From Eledone cirrhosa (lineage: Eukaryota), in assembly GCA_964016885.1 (NCBI GenBank), contig OZ024747.1, positions 34,968,001 through 35,032,000 of the forward strand: a DNA stretch of 64,000 bases, given 5' to 3'. Below, piece by piece: positions 52,642-64,000 of this stretch. Under the pieces are notes generated by a model that made no database searches, had not been told where the DNA came from, and saw nothing but the letters and a program-made list of their open reading frames with translations. The position numbers and the translations under genes were made by a program. Within the stretch, counting starts at the first letter, position 1, and every line of letters begins with the position of its first letter.

Positions 52642-52842
52642 GAAGGCGTGTGGCTGAGTGGTTAGAGAATTGTATTCGCAATCGTAAGGTTGTGAGTTCG
52701 ATTCCTGGACCAGGCGATGCGTTATGTCCTTGAGCAAGACACTTTATTTCACGTTGCTCCTTCTACCTGGAGTTGCGACCGATAGATAGTATTAGCAATT
52801 GGAAAGACCAACGGAAACATTGTTCCCTCGGTCCGATTTGAC
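52642..52842 (+). mobile_element. tRNA-derived SINE, family B (V-domain-like core)
   Basis: TGGCTGAGTGG A-box, GAGTTCGATTCC B-box, TGTCCTTGAGCAAGACACTT; second copy at 63125. Confidence 0.85.
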
Positions 52843-52875
52843 AAAAAAAAAAAAAAGTCGATCGTTCTTTCTTTC

Positions 52876-52911
<36 letters not shown>

Positions 52912-52999
52912 AACGTTTGTATACGTATAATAAGGCCAAAACAATGCAGGTATGGACATAGAATAAAGAATGCAAATGCAAAAGATATTGTTGACAATT

Positions 53000-53407
53000 A
53001 GTCTTTTACCTTAGATTTATTTAAATGTCCTAAGTTTTCCAGATAATATCTCTTCTTCAGAGGGAATAAAGTTGTCAAACCAGTGTTCTAAATAGCTTGC
53101 CGAGTCATGCTAACAGGAAATGGTATAGAGTATCTCTTTTATCTCTAATTTCAAAGAGTTAAGATTAGGTGGATAAAGAGTAGTCTCCCTTTAAGAGGGG
53201 TTTGTTTTTGTTGTTTTTTTTATTTATTTTTTGTACATGCCTGTTTAAATGTGTGGGAGAATGCATGAAGGTGTAGGTATGTGAGTGTGTGTGTGTGTGT
53301 GTGAGTGTGAGAAGATATGTCTATACGTAAATGTGGGGGATAGATGTTATCTCGTGTTAGAACAGGTCTAGTGTGTGTATGTGTGAGAGAGGATAAGTGG
53401 AGGTGTA

Positions 53408-53466
<59 letters not shown>

Positions 53467-54567
53467 CAGTGTGTGTAGGGGGGGGGTGTAAATATGGGGC
53501 TAGGAGCTATGTCAAGTTATAAATTGGGTGTTGAGTTCTAGTCTATTATTAATTGGTGGTTGTGTTTTGTCTATAATTAGTGCTTCATTAATTCTAAGAT
53601 TGCCGAGGTTTCTTTCCTTAGTTTCTATCCTAACTGTTATGGTTTTGTCGGTGTTTTTGCATTTAACTAGGTGTTTCTTAAATAGGGAAGCGTTAGTATT
53701 GTGGTGTTCTTTTATTCTTATGTGGAGTGGTCTGGTGGTGCTATCTACGTAGAAGTTGTTGCATTTTTCACACTCTAGTCTGTATACGACGTAAGCCTGG
53801 TGGCATAGGTCTGTGTCGTTGATGGGGCAGTTGGCTAGTCTGCAGTAGTTGTCATGTCTGGTTGAGTGTCTTTTGGTTAGCTGACTGCGTAGAGAAGGAC
53901 CTGAGTGGGCCAGTTGGATATCTAGTCCCTCTCGTCTGATAGCTCTGCGGATGGCTGTTGTTGTTTCTTCACTGAAGTGTGGGAGCTTCAGGAAGCAAGT
54001 GTTAGTGCCTCGGGTGTGGTGTCCTCTGTTCTTTCTGGCACGGTTTGTGGTGGATGTCGTGTATCCGTTCAGTTTGAGTACTTCCAGGAAATGTGTGGTG
54101 TGTGTGTCTCGGTTTCTAGCGTCGGTGCATTTGTTCCGGATACGTGCCAGTTCGTTCCTTATGTATCCGAACTTGGCACCGAGTGGGAGGGCCGATCTGA
54201 AATGTACGAACAGGTCCCTGCTGGCGGCTTTTTATAGAAGCAGGTGTGGATGTTACCTTCCTCTGTTACCCTGAGTTGGAAGTCCAGTAGGGATAGGGAT
54301 CCGCGGTAATCGGGGTGTTCCATGCTGAACTTTATACTGGCGTCCATCCTGGAGAATGTTGTATATATTTTATCTGCCTCCTCACGGGATGATGTAAGGA
54401 TGAGTATGTCATCTACATATCGGGTGAAGAAGCTATGGGAATGGCAGGTGTTGAGGGCTCGGCATTCTAGCTGGTTCATGTAGGTGATGACCAGCAGGCC
54501 CGTTAGGCTGAATCCCATGGGAAATCCTGTTGTCTGTCTGTATGTGTGGTGGTGGAAGGTGAAGTAC
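53000..54567 (-). mobile_element. Penelope/Poseidon-like element, 5'-truncated (RT C-terminal half, GIY-YIG, 3' UTR)
   Basis: YRQTTGFPMG, FTRYVDDILIL, SIKFSME, LSLLDF, FYKKP; endonuclease CPINDTDLC..YVVYRLECEKCNNFYV.STTRPLHIRIKEH; hammerhead-like motif near its 3' end. Confidence 0.88.
53028..53065 (-). ncRNA. Probable minimal hammerhead in the PLE 3' pseudo-LTR
   Basis: Minus strand CCT-CTGAAGA-AG AGAT att ATCT G-GAAA-ACTT-AGG; stems I and III are weak. Confidence 0.5.
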
Positions 54568-54595
54568 CTCTCTCTCTCTCTCTCTATATATATAT

Positions 54596-54881
54596 ACACA
54601 GGAACGATGTACTAGTTTCAAGCTTGTTAGCTATCATCAGCACCGTTTACCCATCTGCCAGATAGTTGAACGTTCGAAAGTATATACTTTCCTTATGACA
54701 ATTAACGGCTGAGCAGCCAAATTTGCATATTGAGTGAGTTAAATCGGTCAGGCATACCGAAAACGATAAGTTGAAAAAAATGAAAACGAAATTTCATTTC
54801 TCACTCTTAGTATGGCACTTACTTAAATGTAAGTATGTATATATACGTACATACATATATGTATACAGACGTACAGTAGCA

Positions 54882-54947
<66 letters not shown>

Positions 54948-55399
54948 TATACACACATGCATACAGGTACACATACATATATGCACGCATCAGTTTAGCC
55001 GGCGTTTATTATAACGCCGGCCGCTTTGTTCGTTTGTTTGTCAACAAAGCGAACAGCCTGAATTTATGCCATACGGTGTTAAGGCAACCACGTCACCTTT
55101 TTGTTCAACACTGACACAGGAACGATGTACTAGTTTCAAGCTTGTTAGCTATCATCAGCACCGTTTACCCATCTGCCAGATAGTTGAACGTTCGAAAGTA
55201 TATACTTTCCTTATGAAAATTAACGGCTGAGCAGCCAAATTTGCATATTGAGTGAGTTAAATCGGTCAGGCATACCGAAAACGATAAGTTGAAAAAAATG
55301 AAAACGAAATTTCATTTCTCACTCTTAGTATGGCACTTACTTAAATGTAAGTATGTATGTATACGTACATACATATATGTATACAGACGTACAGTAGCA

Positions 55400-55463
<64 letters not shown>

Positions 55464-55915
55464 TATACACACATGCATACAGGTACACATACATATATGC
55501 ACGCATCAGTTTAGCCGGCGTTTATTATAACGCCGGCCGCTTTGTTCGTTTGTTTGTCAACAAAGCGAACAGCCTGAATTTATGCCATACGGTGTTAAGG
55601 CAACCACGTCACCTTTTTGTTCAACACTGACACAGGAACGATGTACTAGTTTCAAGCTTGTTAGCTATCATCAGCACCGTTTACCCATCTGCCAGATAGT
55701 TGAACGTTCGAAAGTATATACTTTCCTTATGAAAATTAACGGCTGAGCAGCCAAATTTGCATATTGAGTGAGTTAAATCGGTCAGGCATACCGAAAACGA
55801 TAAGTTGAAAAAAATGAAAACGAAATTTCATTTCTCACTCTTAGTATGGCACTTACTTAAATGTAAGTATGTATGTATACGTACATACATATATGTATAC
55901 AGACGTACAGTAGCA

Positions 55916-55987
<72 letters not shown>

Positions 55988-56439
55988 TATACACACATGC
56001 ATACAGGTACACATACATATATGCACGCATCAGTTTAGCCGGCGTTTATTATAACGCCGGCCGCTTTGTTCGTTTGTTTGTCAACAAAGCGAACAGCCTG
56101 AATTTATGCCATACGGTGTTAAGGCAACCACGTCACCTTTTTGTTCAACACTGACACAGGAACGATGTACTAGTTTCAAGCTTGTTAGCTATCATCAGCA
56201 CCGTTTACCCATCTGCCAGATAGTTGAACGTTCGAAAGTATATACTTTCCTTATGAAAATTAACGGCTGAGCAGCCAAATTTGCATATTGAGTGAGTTAA
56301 ATCGGTCAGGCATACCGAAAACGATAAGTTGAAAAAAATGAAAACGAAATTTCATTTCTCACTCTTAGTATGGCACTTACTTAAATGTAAGTATGTACGT
56401 ATACGTACATACATATATGTATACAGACGTACAGTAGCA

Positions 56440-56501
<62 letters not shown>

Positions 56502-56953
56502 TATACACACATGCATACAGGTACACATACATATATGCACGCATCAGTTTAGCCGGCGTTTATTATAACGCCGGCCGCTTTGTTCGTTTGTTTGTCAACA
56601 AAGCGAACAGCCTGAATTTATGCCATACGGTGTTAAGGCAACCACGTCACCTTTTTGTTCAACACTGACACAGGAACGATGTACTAGTTTCAAGCTTGTT
56701 AGCTATCATCAGCACCGTTTACCCATCTGCCAGATAGTTGAACGTTCGAAAGTATATACTTTCCTTATGAAAATTAACGGCTGAGCAGCCAAATTTGCAT
56801 ATTGAGTGAGTTAAATCGGTCAGGCATACCGAAAACGATAAGTTGAAAAAAATGAAAACGAAATTTCATTTCTCACTCTTAGTATGGCACTTACTTAAAT
56901 GTAAGTATGTATGTATACGTACATACATATATGTATACAGACGTACAGTAGCA

Positions 56954-57013
<60 letters not shown>

Positions 57014-57466
57014 TATACACACATGCATACAGGTACACATACATATATGCACGCATCAGTTTAGCCGGCGTTTATTATAACGCCGGCCGCTTTGTTCGTT
57101 TGTTTGTCAACAAAGCGAACAGCCTGAATTTATGCCATACGGTGTTAAGGCAACCACGTCACCTTTTTGTTCAACACTGACACAGGAACGATGTACTAGT
57201 TTCAAGCTTGTTAGCTATCATCAGCACCGTTTACCCATCTGCCAGATAGTTGAACGTTCGAAAGTATATACTTTCCTTATGAAAATTAACGGCTGAGCAG
57301 CCAAATTTGCATATTGAGTGAGTTAAATCGGTCAGGCATACCGAAAACGATAAGTTGAAAAAAAATGAAAACGAAATTTCATTTCTCACTCTTAGTATGG
57401 CACTTACTTAAATGTAAGTATGTATGTATACGTACATACATATATGTATACAGACGTACAGTAGCA

Positions 57467-57538
<72 letters not shown>

Positions 57539-57990
57539 TATACACACATGCATACAGGTACACATACATATATGCACGCATCAGTTTAGCCGGCGTTTAT
57601 TATAACGCCGGCCGCTTTGTTCGTTTGTTTGTCAACAAAGCGAACAGCCTGAATTTATGCCATACGGTGTTAAGGCAACCACGTCACCTTTTTGTTCAAC
57701 ACTGACACAGGAACGATGTACTAGTTTCAAGCTTGTTAGCTATCATCAGCACCGTTTACCCATCTGCCAGATAGTTGAACGTTCGAAAGTATATACTTTC
57801 CTTATGAAAATTAACGGCTGAGCAGCCAAATTTGCATATTGAGTGAGTTAAATCGGTCAGGCATACCGAAAACGATAAGTTGAAAAAAATGAAAACGAAA
57901 TTTCATTTCTCACTCTTAGTATGGCACTTACTTAAATGTAAGTATGTATGTATACGTACATACATATATGTATACAGACGTACAGTAGCA

Positions 57991-58056
<66 letters not shown>

Positions 58057-58508
58057 TATACACACATGCATACAGGTACACATACATATATGCACGCATC
58101 AGTTTAGCCGGCGTTTATTATAACGCCGGCCGCTTTGTTCGTTTGTTTGTCAACAAAGCGAACAGCCTGAATTTATGCCATACGGTGTTAAGGCAACCAC
58201 GTCACCTTTTTGTTCAACACTGACACAGGAACGATGTACTAGTTTCAAGCTTGTTAGCTATCATCAGCACCGTTTACCCATCTGCCAGATAGTTGAACGT
58301 TCGAAAGTATATACTTTCCTTATGAAAATTAACGGCTGAGCAGCCAAATTTGCATATTGAGTGAGTTAAATCGGTCAGGCATACCGAAAACGATAAGTTG
58401 AAAAAAATGAAAACGAAATTTCATTTCTCACTCTTAGTATGGCACTTACTTAAATGTAAGTATATATGTATACGTACATACATATATGTATACAGACGTA
58501 CAGTAGCA

Positions 58509-58578
<70 letters not shown>

Positions 58579-59030
58579 TATACACACATGCATACAGGTA
58601 CACATACATATATGCACGCATCAGTTTAGCCGGCGTTTATTATAACGCCGGCCGCTTTGTTCGTTTGTTTGTCAACAAAGCGAACAGCCTGAATTTATGC
58701 CATACGGTGTTAAGGCAACCACGTCACCTTTTTGTTCAACACTGACACAGGAACGATGTACTAGTTTCAAGCTTGTTAGCTATCATCAGCACCGTTTACC
58801 CATCTGCCAGATAGTTGAACGTTCGAAAGTATATACTTTCCTTATGAAAATTAACGGCTGAGCAGCCAAATTTGCATATTGAGTGAGTTAAATCGGTCAG
58901 GCATACCGAAAACGATAAGTTGAAAAAAATGAAAACGAAATTTCATTTCTCACTCTTAGTATGGCACTTACTTAAATGTAAGTATGTATGTATACGTACA
59001 TACATATATGTATACAGACGTACAGTAGCA

Positions 59031-59102
<72 letters not shown>

Positions 59103-59554
59103 TATACACACATGCATACAGGTACACATACATATATGCACGCATCAGTTTAGCCGGCGTTTATTATAACGCCGGCCGCTTTGTTCGTTTGTTTGTCAAC
59201 AAAGCGAACAGCCTGAATTTATGCCATACGGTGTTAAGGCAACCACGTCACCTTTTTGTTCAACACTGACACAGGAACGATGTACTAGTTTCAAGCTTGT
59301 TAGCTATCATCAGCACCGTTTACCCATCTGCCAGATAGTTGAACGTTCGAAAGTATATACTTTCCTTATGAAAATTAACGGCTGAGCAGCCAAATTTGCA
59401 TATTGAGTGAGTTAAATCGGTCAGGCATACCGAAAACGATAAGTTGAAAAAAATGAAAACGAAATTTCATTTCTCACTCTTAGTATGGCACTTACTTAAA
59501 TGTAAGTATGTATGTATACGTACATACATATATGTATACAGACGTACAGTAGCA

Positions 59555-59616
<62 letters not shown>

Positions 59617-60068
59617 TATACACACATGCATACAGGTACACATACATATATGCACGCATCAGTTTAGCCGGCGTTTATTATAACGCCGGCCGCTTTGTTC
59701 GTTTGTTTGTCAACAAAGCGAACAGCCTGAATTTATGCCATACGGTGTTAAGGCAACCACGTCACCTTTTTGTTCAACACTGACACAGGAACGATGTACT
59801 AGTTTCAAGCTTGTTAGCTATCATCAGCACCGTTTACCCATCTGCCAGATAGTTGAACGTTCGAAAGTATATACTTTCCTTATGAAAATTAACGGCTGAG
59901 CAGCCAAATTTGCATATTGAGTGAGTTAAATCGGTCAGGCATACCGAAAACGATAAGTTGAAAAAAATGAAAACGAAATTTCATTTCTCACTCTTAGTAT
60001 GGCACTTACTTAAATGTAAGTATGTATGTATACGTACATACATATATGTATACAGACGTACAGTAGCA

Positions 60069-60128
<60 letters not shown>

Positions 60129-60581
60129 TATACACACATGCATACAGGTACACATACATATATGCACGCATCAGTTTAGCCGGCGTTTATTATAACGCCG
60201 GCCGCTTTGTTCGTTTGTTTGTCAACAAAGCGAACAGCCTGAATTTATGCCATACGGTGTTAAGGCAACCACGTCACCTTTTTGTTCAACACTGACACAG
60301 GAACGATGTACTAGTTTCAAGCTTGTTAGCTATCATCAGCACCGTTTACCCATCTGCCAGATAGTTGAACGTTCGAAAGTATATACTTTCCTTATGAAAA
60401 TTAACGGCTGAGCAGCCAAATTTGCATATTGAGTGAGTTAAATCGGTCAGGCATACCGAAAACGATAAGTTGAAAAAAAATGAAAACGAAATTTCATTTC
60501 TCACTCTTAGTATGGCACTTACTTAAATGTAAGTATGTATGTATACGTACATACATATATGTATACAGACGTACAGTAGCA

Positions 60582-60653
<72 letters not shown>

Positions 60654-61105
60654 TATACACACATGCATACAGGTACACATACATATATGCACGCATCAGT
60701 TTAGCCGGCGTTTATTATAACGCCGGCCGCTTTGTTCGTTTGTTTGTCAACAAAGCGAACAGCCTGAATTTATGCCATACGGTGTTAAGGCAACCACGTC
60801 ACCTTTTTGTTCAACACTGACACAGGAACGATGTACTAGTTTCAAGCTTGTTAGCTATCATCAGCACCGTTTACCCATCTGCCAGATAGTTGAACGTTCG
60901 AAAGTATATACTTTCCTTATGAAAATTAACGGCTGAGCAGCCAAATTTGCATATTGAGTGAGTTAAATCGGTCAGGCATACCGAAAACGATAAGTTGAAA
61001 AAAATGAAAACGAAATTTCATTTCTCACTCTTAGTATGGCACTTACTTAAATGTAAGTATGTATGTATACGTACATACACATATGTATACAGACGTACAG
61101 TAGCA

Positions 61106-61161
<56 letters not shown>

Positions 61162-61613
61162 TATACACACATGCATACAGGTACACATACATATATGCAC
61201 GCATCAGTTTAGCCGGCGTTTATTATAACGCCGGCCGCTTTGTTCGTTTGTTTGTCAACAAAGCGAACAGCCTGAATTTATGCCATACGGTGTTAAGGCA
61301 ACCACGTCACCTTTTTGTTCAACACTGACACAGGAACGATGTACTAGTTTCAAGCTTGTTAGCTATCATCAGCACCGTTTACCCATCTGCCAGATAGTTG
61401 AACGTTCGAAAGTATATACTTTCCTTATGAAAATTAACGGCTGAGCAGCCAAATTTGCATATTGAGTGAGTTAAATCGGTCAGGCATACCGAAAACGATA
61501 AGTTGAAAAAAATGAAAACGAAATTTCATTTCTCACTCTTAGTATGGCACTTACTTAAATGTAAGTATATATGTATACGTACATACATATATGTATACAG
61601 ACGTACAGTAGCA

Positions 61614-61683
<70 letters not shown>

Positions 61684-62155
61684 TATACACACATGCATAC
61701 AGGTACACATACATATATGCACGCATCAGTTTAGCCGGCGTTTATTATAACGCCGGCCGCTTTGTTCGTTTGTTTGTCAACAAAGCGAACAGCCTGAATT
61801 TATGCCATACGGTGTTAAGGCAACCACGTCACCTTTTTGTTCAACACTGACACAGGAACGATGTACTAGTTTCAAGCTTGTTAGCTATCATCAGCACCGT
61901 TTACCCATCTGCCAGATAGTTGAACGTTCGAAAGTATATACTTTCCTTATGAAAATTAACGGCTGAGCAGCCAAATTTGCATATTGAGTGAGTTAAATCG
62001 GTCAGGCATACCGAAAACGATAAGTTGAAAAAAATGAAAACGAAATTTCATTTCTCACTCTTAGTATGGCACTTACTTAAATGTAAGTATGTATGTATAC
62101 GTACATACATATATGTATACAGACGTACAGTAGCATGCATATATATATATATATA
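54596..62155 (-). repeat. Tandem array of ~520-bp hammerhead-containing units (14 full plus 1 partial)
   Basis: Near-identical units with periods 518, 516, 524, 514, 512, 525, 518, 522, 524, 514, 512, 525, 508 and 522 bp; length differences lie almost wholly in an internal (TA)n. Confidence 0.97.
54603..54647 (-). ncRNA. Minimal type I hammerhead ribozyme (first of 15 identical minus-strand copies in the array)
   Basis: AACGGTG-CTGATGA-T AGCT aaca AGCT T-GAAA-CTAG-TA^-CATCGTT: 7-bp stem I with one G-U, complete core, GUA cleavage triplet, palindromic stem III ACTAGT. Confidence 0.9.
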
Positions 62156-62386
62156 TGGCAGATGGGTAAACGGTGCTGATGATAGCTAACAAGCTTGAAA
62201 CTAGTACATCGTTCCTGTGTCAGTGTTGAACAAAAAGGTGACGTGGTTGCCTTAACACCGTATGGCATAAATTCAGGCTGTTCGCTTTGTTGACAAACAA
62301 ACGAACAAAGCGGCCGGCGTTATAATAAACGCCGGCTAAACTGATGCGTGCATATATGTATGTGTACCTGTATGCATGTGTGTATA

Positions 62387-62454
<68 letters not shown>

Positions 62455-62502
62455 TGCTACTGTACGTCTGTATACATATATGTATGTACGTATACATACA
62501 TA

Positions 62503-62506
<4 letters not shown>
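62156..62506 (+). repeat. Inverted partial unit of the array
   Basis: Reverse complement of array sequence from TGGCAGATGGG to ATACATACTTA. Confidence 0.95.
62169..62213 (+). ncRNA. Minimal type I hammerhead ribozyme (inverted copy)
   Basis: aacggtg ctgatga tagctaacaagctt gaaa ctagta catcgtt, read directly on the plus strand. Confidence 0.9.
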
Positions 62507-62596
<90 letters not shown>

Positions 62597-62682
62597 GGTT
62601 ATATTTAATTTGTTGGGATACAACAAGCTAAAATATTTTCATAACTATATATAAAGCACTCAACAAATTATTGGAGTAAATA

Positions 62683-63046
62683 TACAATATATTAAAAAAA
62701 TGGAAACTATATTTATAAAACCATATTTATTTCATTATAGATATTTCAATGGCCACCAATGTAGATTATGGTGCGCTTTCATCAGATAAAATATAATACA
62801 GATTAGTTTTATAAATAAATATTGATATATCCTGAAAAAATGCAACCTTACCGGTTGGAGCTTCCTGGATGCTCCAACCGGTAAGGTTGCATTTTTTCAG
62901 GATATATCAATATTTATTTATAAAACTAATTTGTATTATATTTTATCTGATGAAAGCGCACCATAATCTACATTGGTGGCCATTGAAATATCTATAATGA
63001 AATAAATATGGTTTTAAGAATATAGTTTCCATTTGTTAATATATTG

Positions 63047-63048
<2 letters not shown>
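62683..63048. repeat. ~365-bp near-perfect palindrome with a hammerhead-like motif in each arm
   Basis: Arms are centred on ~62866; CTGATGA (62947) and GAAA (62985) flank a CACCA/TGGTG stem. Confidence 0.9.
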
Positions 63049-63119
<71 letters not shown>

Positions 63120-63124
63120 GCGAA

Positions 63125-63327
63125 TGAAGGTGTGTAGGTGAGTGGTTAGAGAATTGGATTCGCAATCGTGAGGTTGGGAGTTCGAATCCTGGACCGGACG
63201 ATGCGTTATGTCCTTGAGCAAGACACTTTATTTCACGTTGCTCCTTCTACCTGGAGTTGCGACCGATATATAGTATTAATAGCTGCAAATACCAATGGAA
63301 ACATTGTTTCCTCGGTCCGTTTTGACG
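63125..63327 (+). mobile_element. tRNA-derived SINE, family B
   Basis: Matches 52642-52842. Confidence 0.85.
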
Positions 63328-63355
63328 ATAAACGTTCGAAAAAAAAATATATATA

Positions 63356-63407
<52 letters not shown>

Positions 63408-64000
63408 AACTATAAAGTAAACAATTTTAAATGAAGTTTCTAAGAATATGTAGGGATGGTGAAACCAAAACTATCAAAAAATCCTAATTGTTTAAAAAGA
63501 AATAAAATGTAGATATCTAAATTGGTTACATCTTATCCTCATTCATGCGATACCTTTCATGTGTCATCACAGGACTCTATACAACGTTAAACCATTTTGC
63601 TATGTTGCTGTTGTTTAGTTTTGCAGTTATCAGTTCAAGTTGCCACGAAATATACGTGTAAAGGGTGTAAATCTATTTTTGCTATACAAAATATAGTGAA
63701 CACAATTTAGATGACCTGATATTGATCTTAGATAAATAAAAATTAGATTTTTCGAATTCAATTTATATTATTTGGATAGAATTCATACCCAAACAGGGCA
63801 CACCTATGAATATGTTTCGGTTTCTTCAGACCACATATTCTTCATCTAGGTGCCCTACGTTTGTTTGGATACATTGACAAGGTTTTTTTATACCGCACAA
63901 ACATACGGATCATTAAAGAAGATTATCACCAGTCCACAGAAAATAATATTTGGAGCAATAGGGATAGATAAACATAATTTTGAATAAAACACATGGAAAC

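Noticed and set aside
54596-62155. CRISPR-like array, or tandem protein-coding genes ([10 protein letters not shown]... ORFs)
   Set aside because: No unique spacers; units are wholly repeated; the ORFs run through (TA)n and change frame with its length.

Overview
AT-rich eukaryotic (animal) intergenic or intronic DNA made almost entirely of transposable elements and microsatellites. The SINE and microsatellite content suggests a coleoid cephalopod such as Octopus, which is an inference only. No host gene is supported. Contents: two decayed CRE-clade LINE copies, at least three Penelope-like elements (PLEs), an RTE LINE fragment, two R4/Dong-like LINEs, three L1/Tx1-clade LINEs (one intact and full length, 30.7-36.7 kb) chained through (TAA/ATT)n tracts, two tRNA-derived SINE families and a Helitron deletion derivative. 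The main finding is a 7.5-kb tandem array (54.6-62.2 kb) of a ~520-bp non-coding unit in which every unit carries a complete minimal type I hammerhead ribozyme on the minus strand. The array has an inverted partial copy at one end, a 6-unit higher-order duplication, and an older diverged relative at 50-51 kb. This looks like a retrozyme or ribozyme-satellite probably mobilised by PLEs. Several other fold-back mini-elements with hammerhead-like cores sit in (TA)n tracts. All calls come from reading the sequence by eye; coordinates of decayed elements are approximate.
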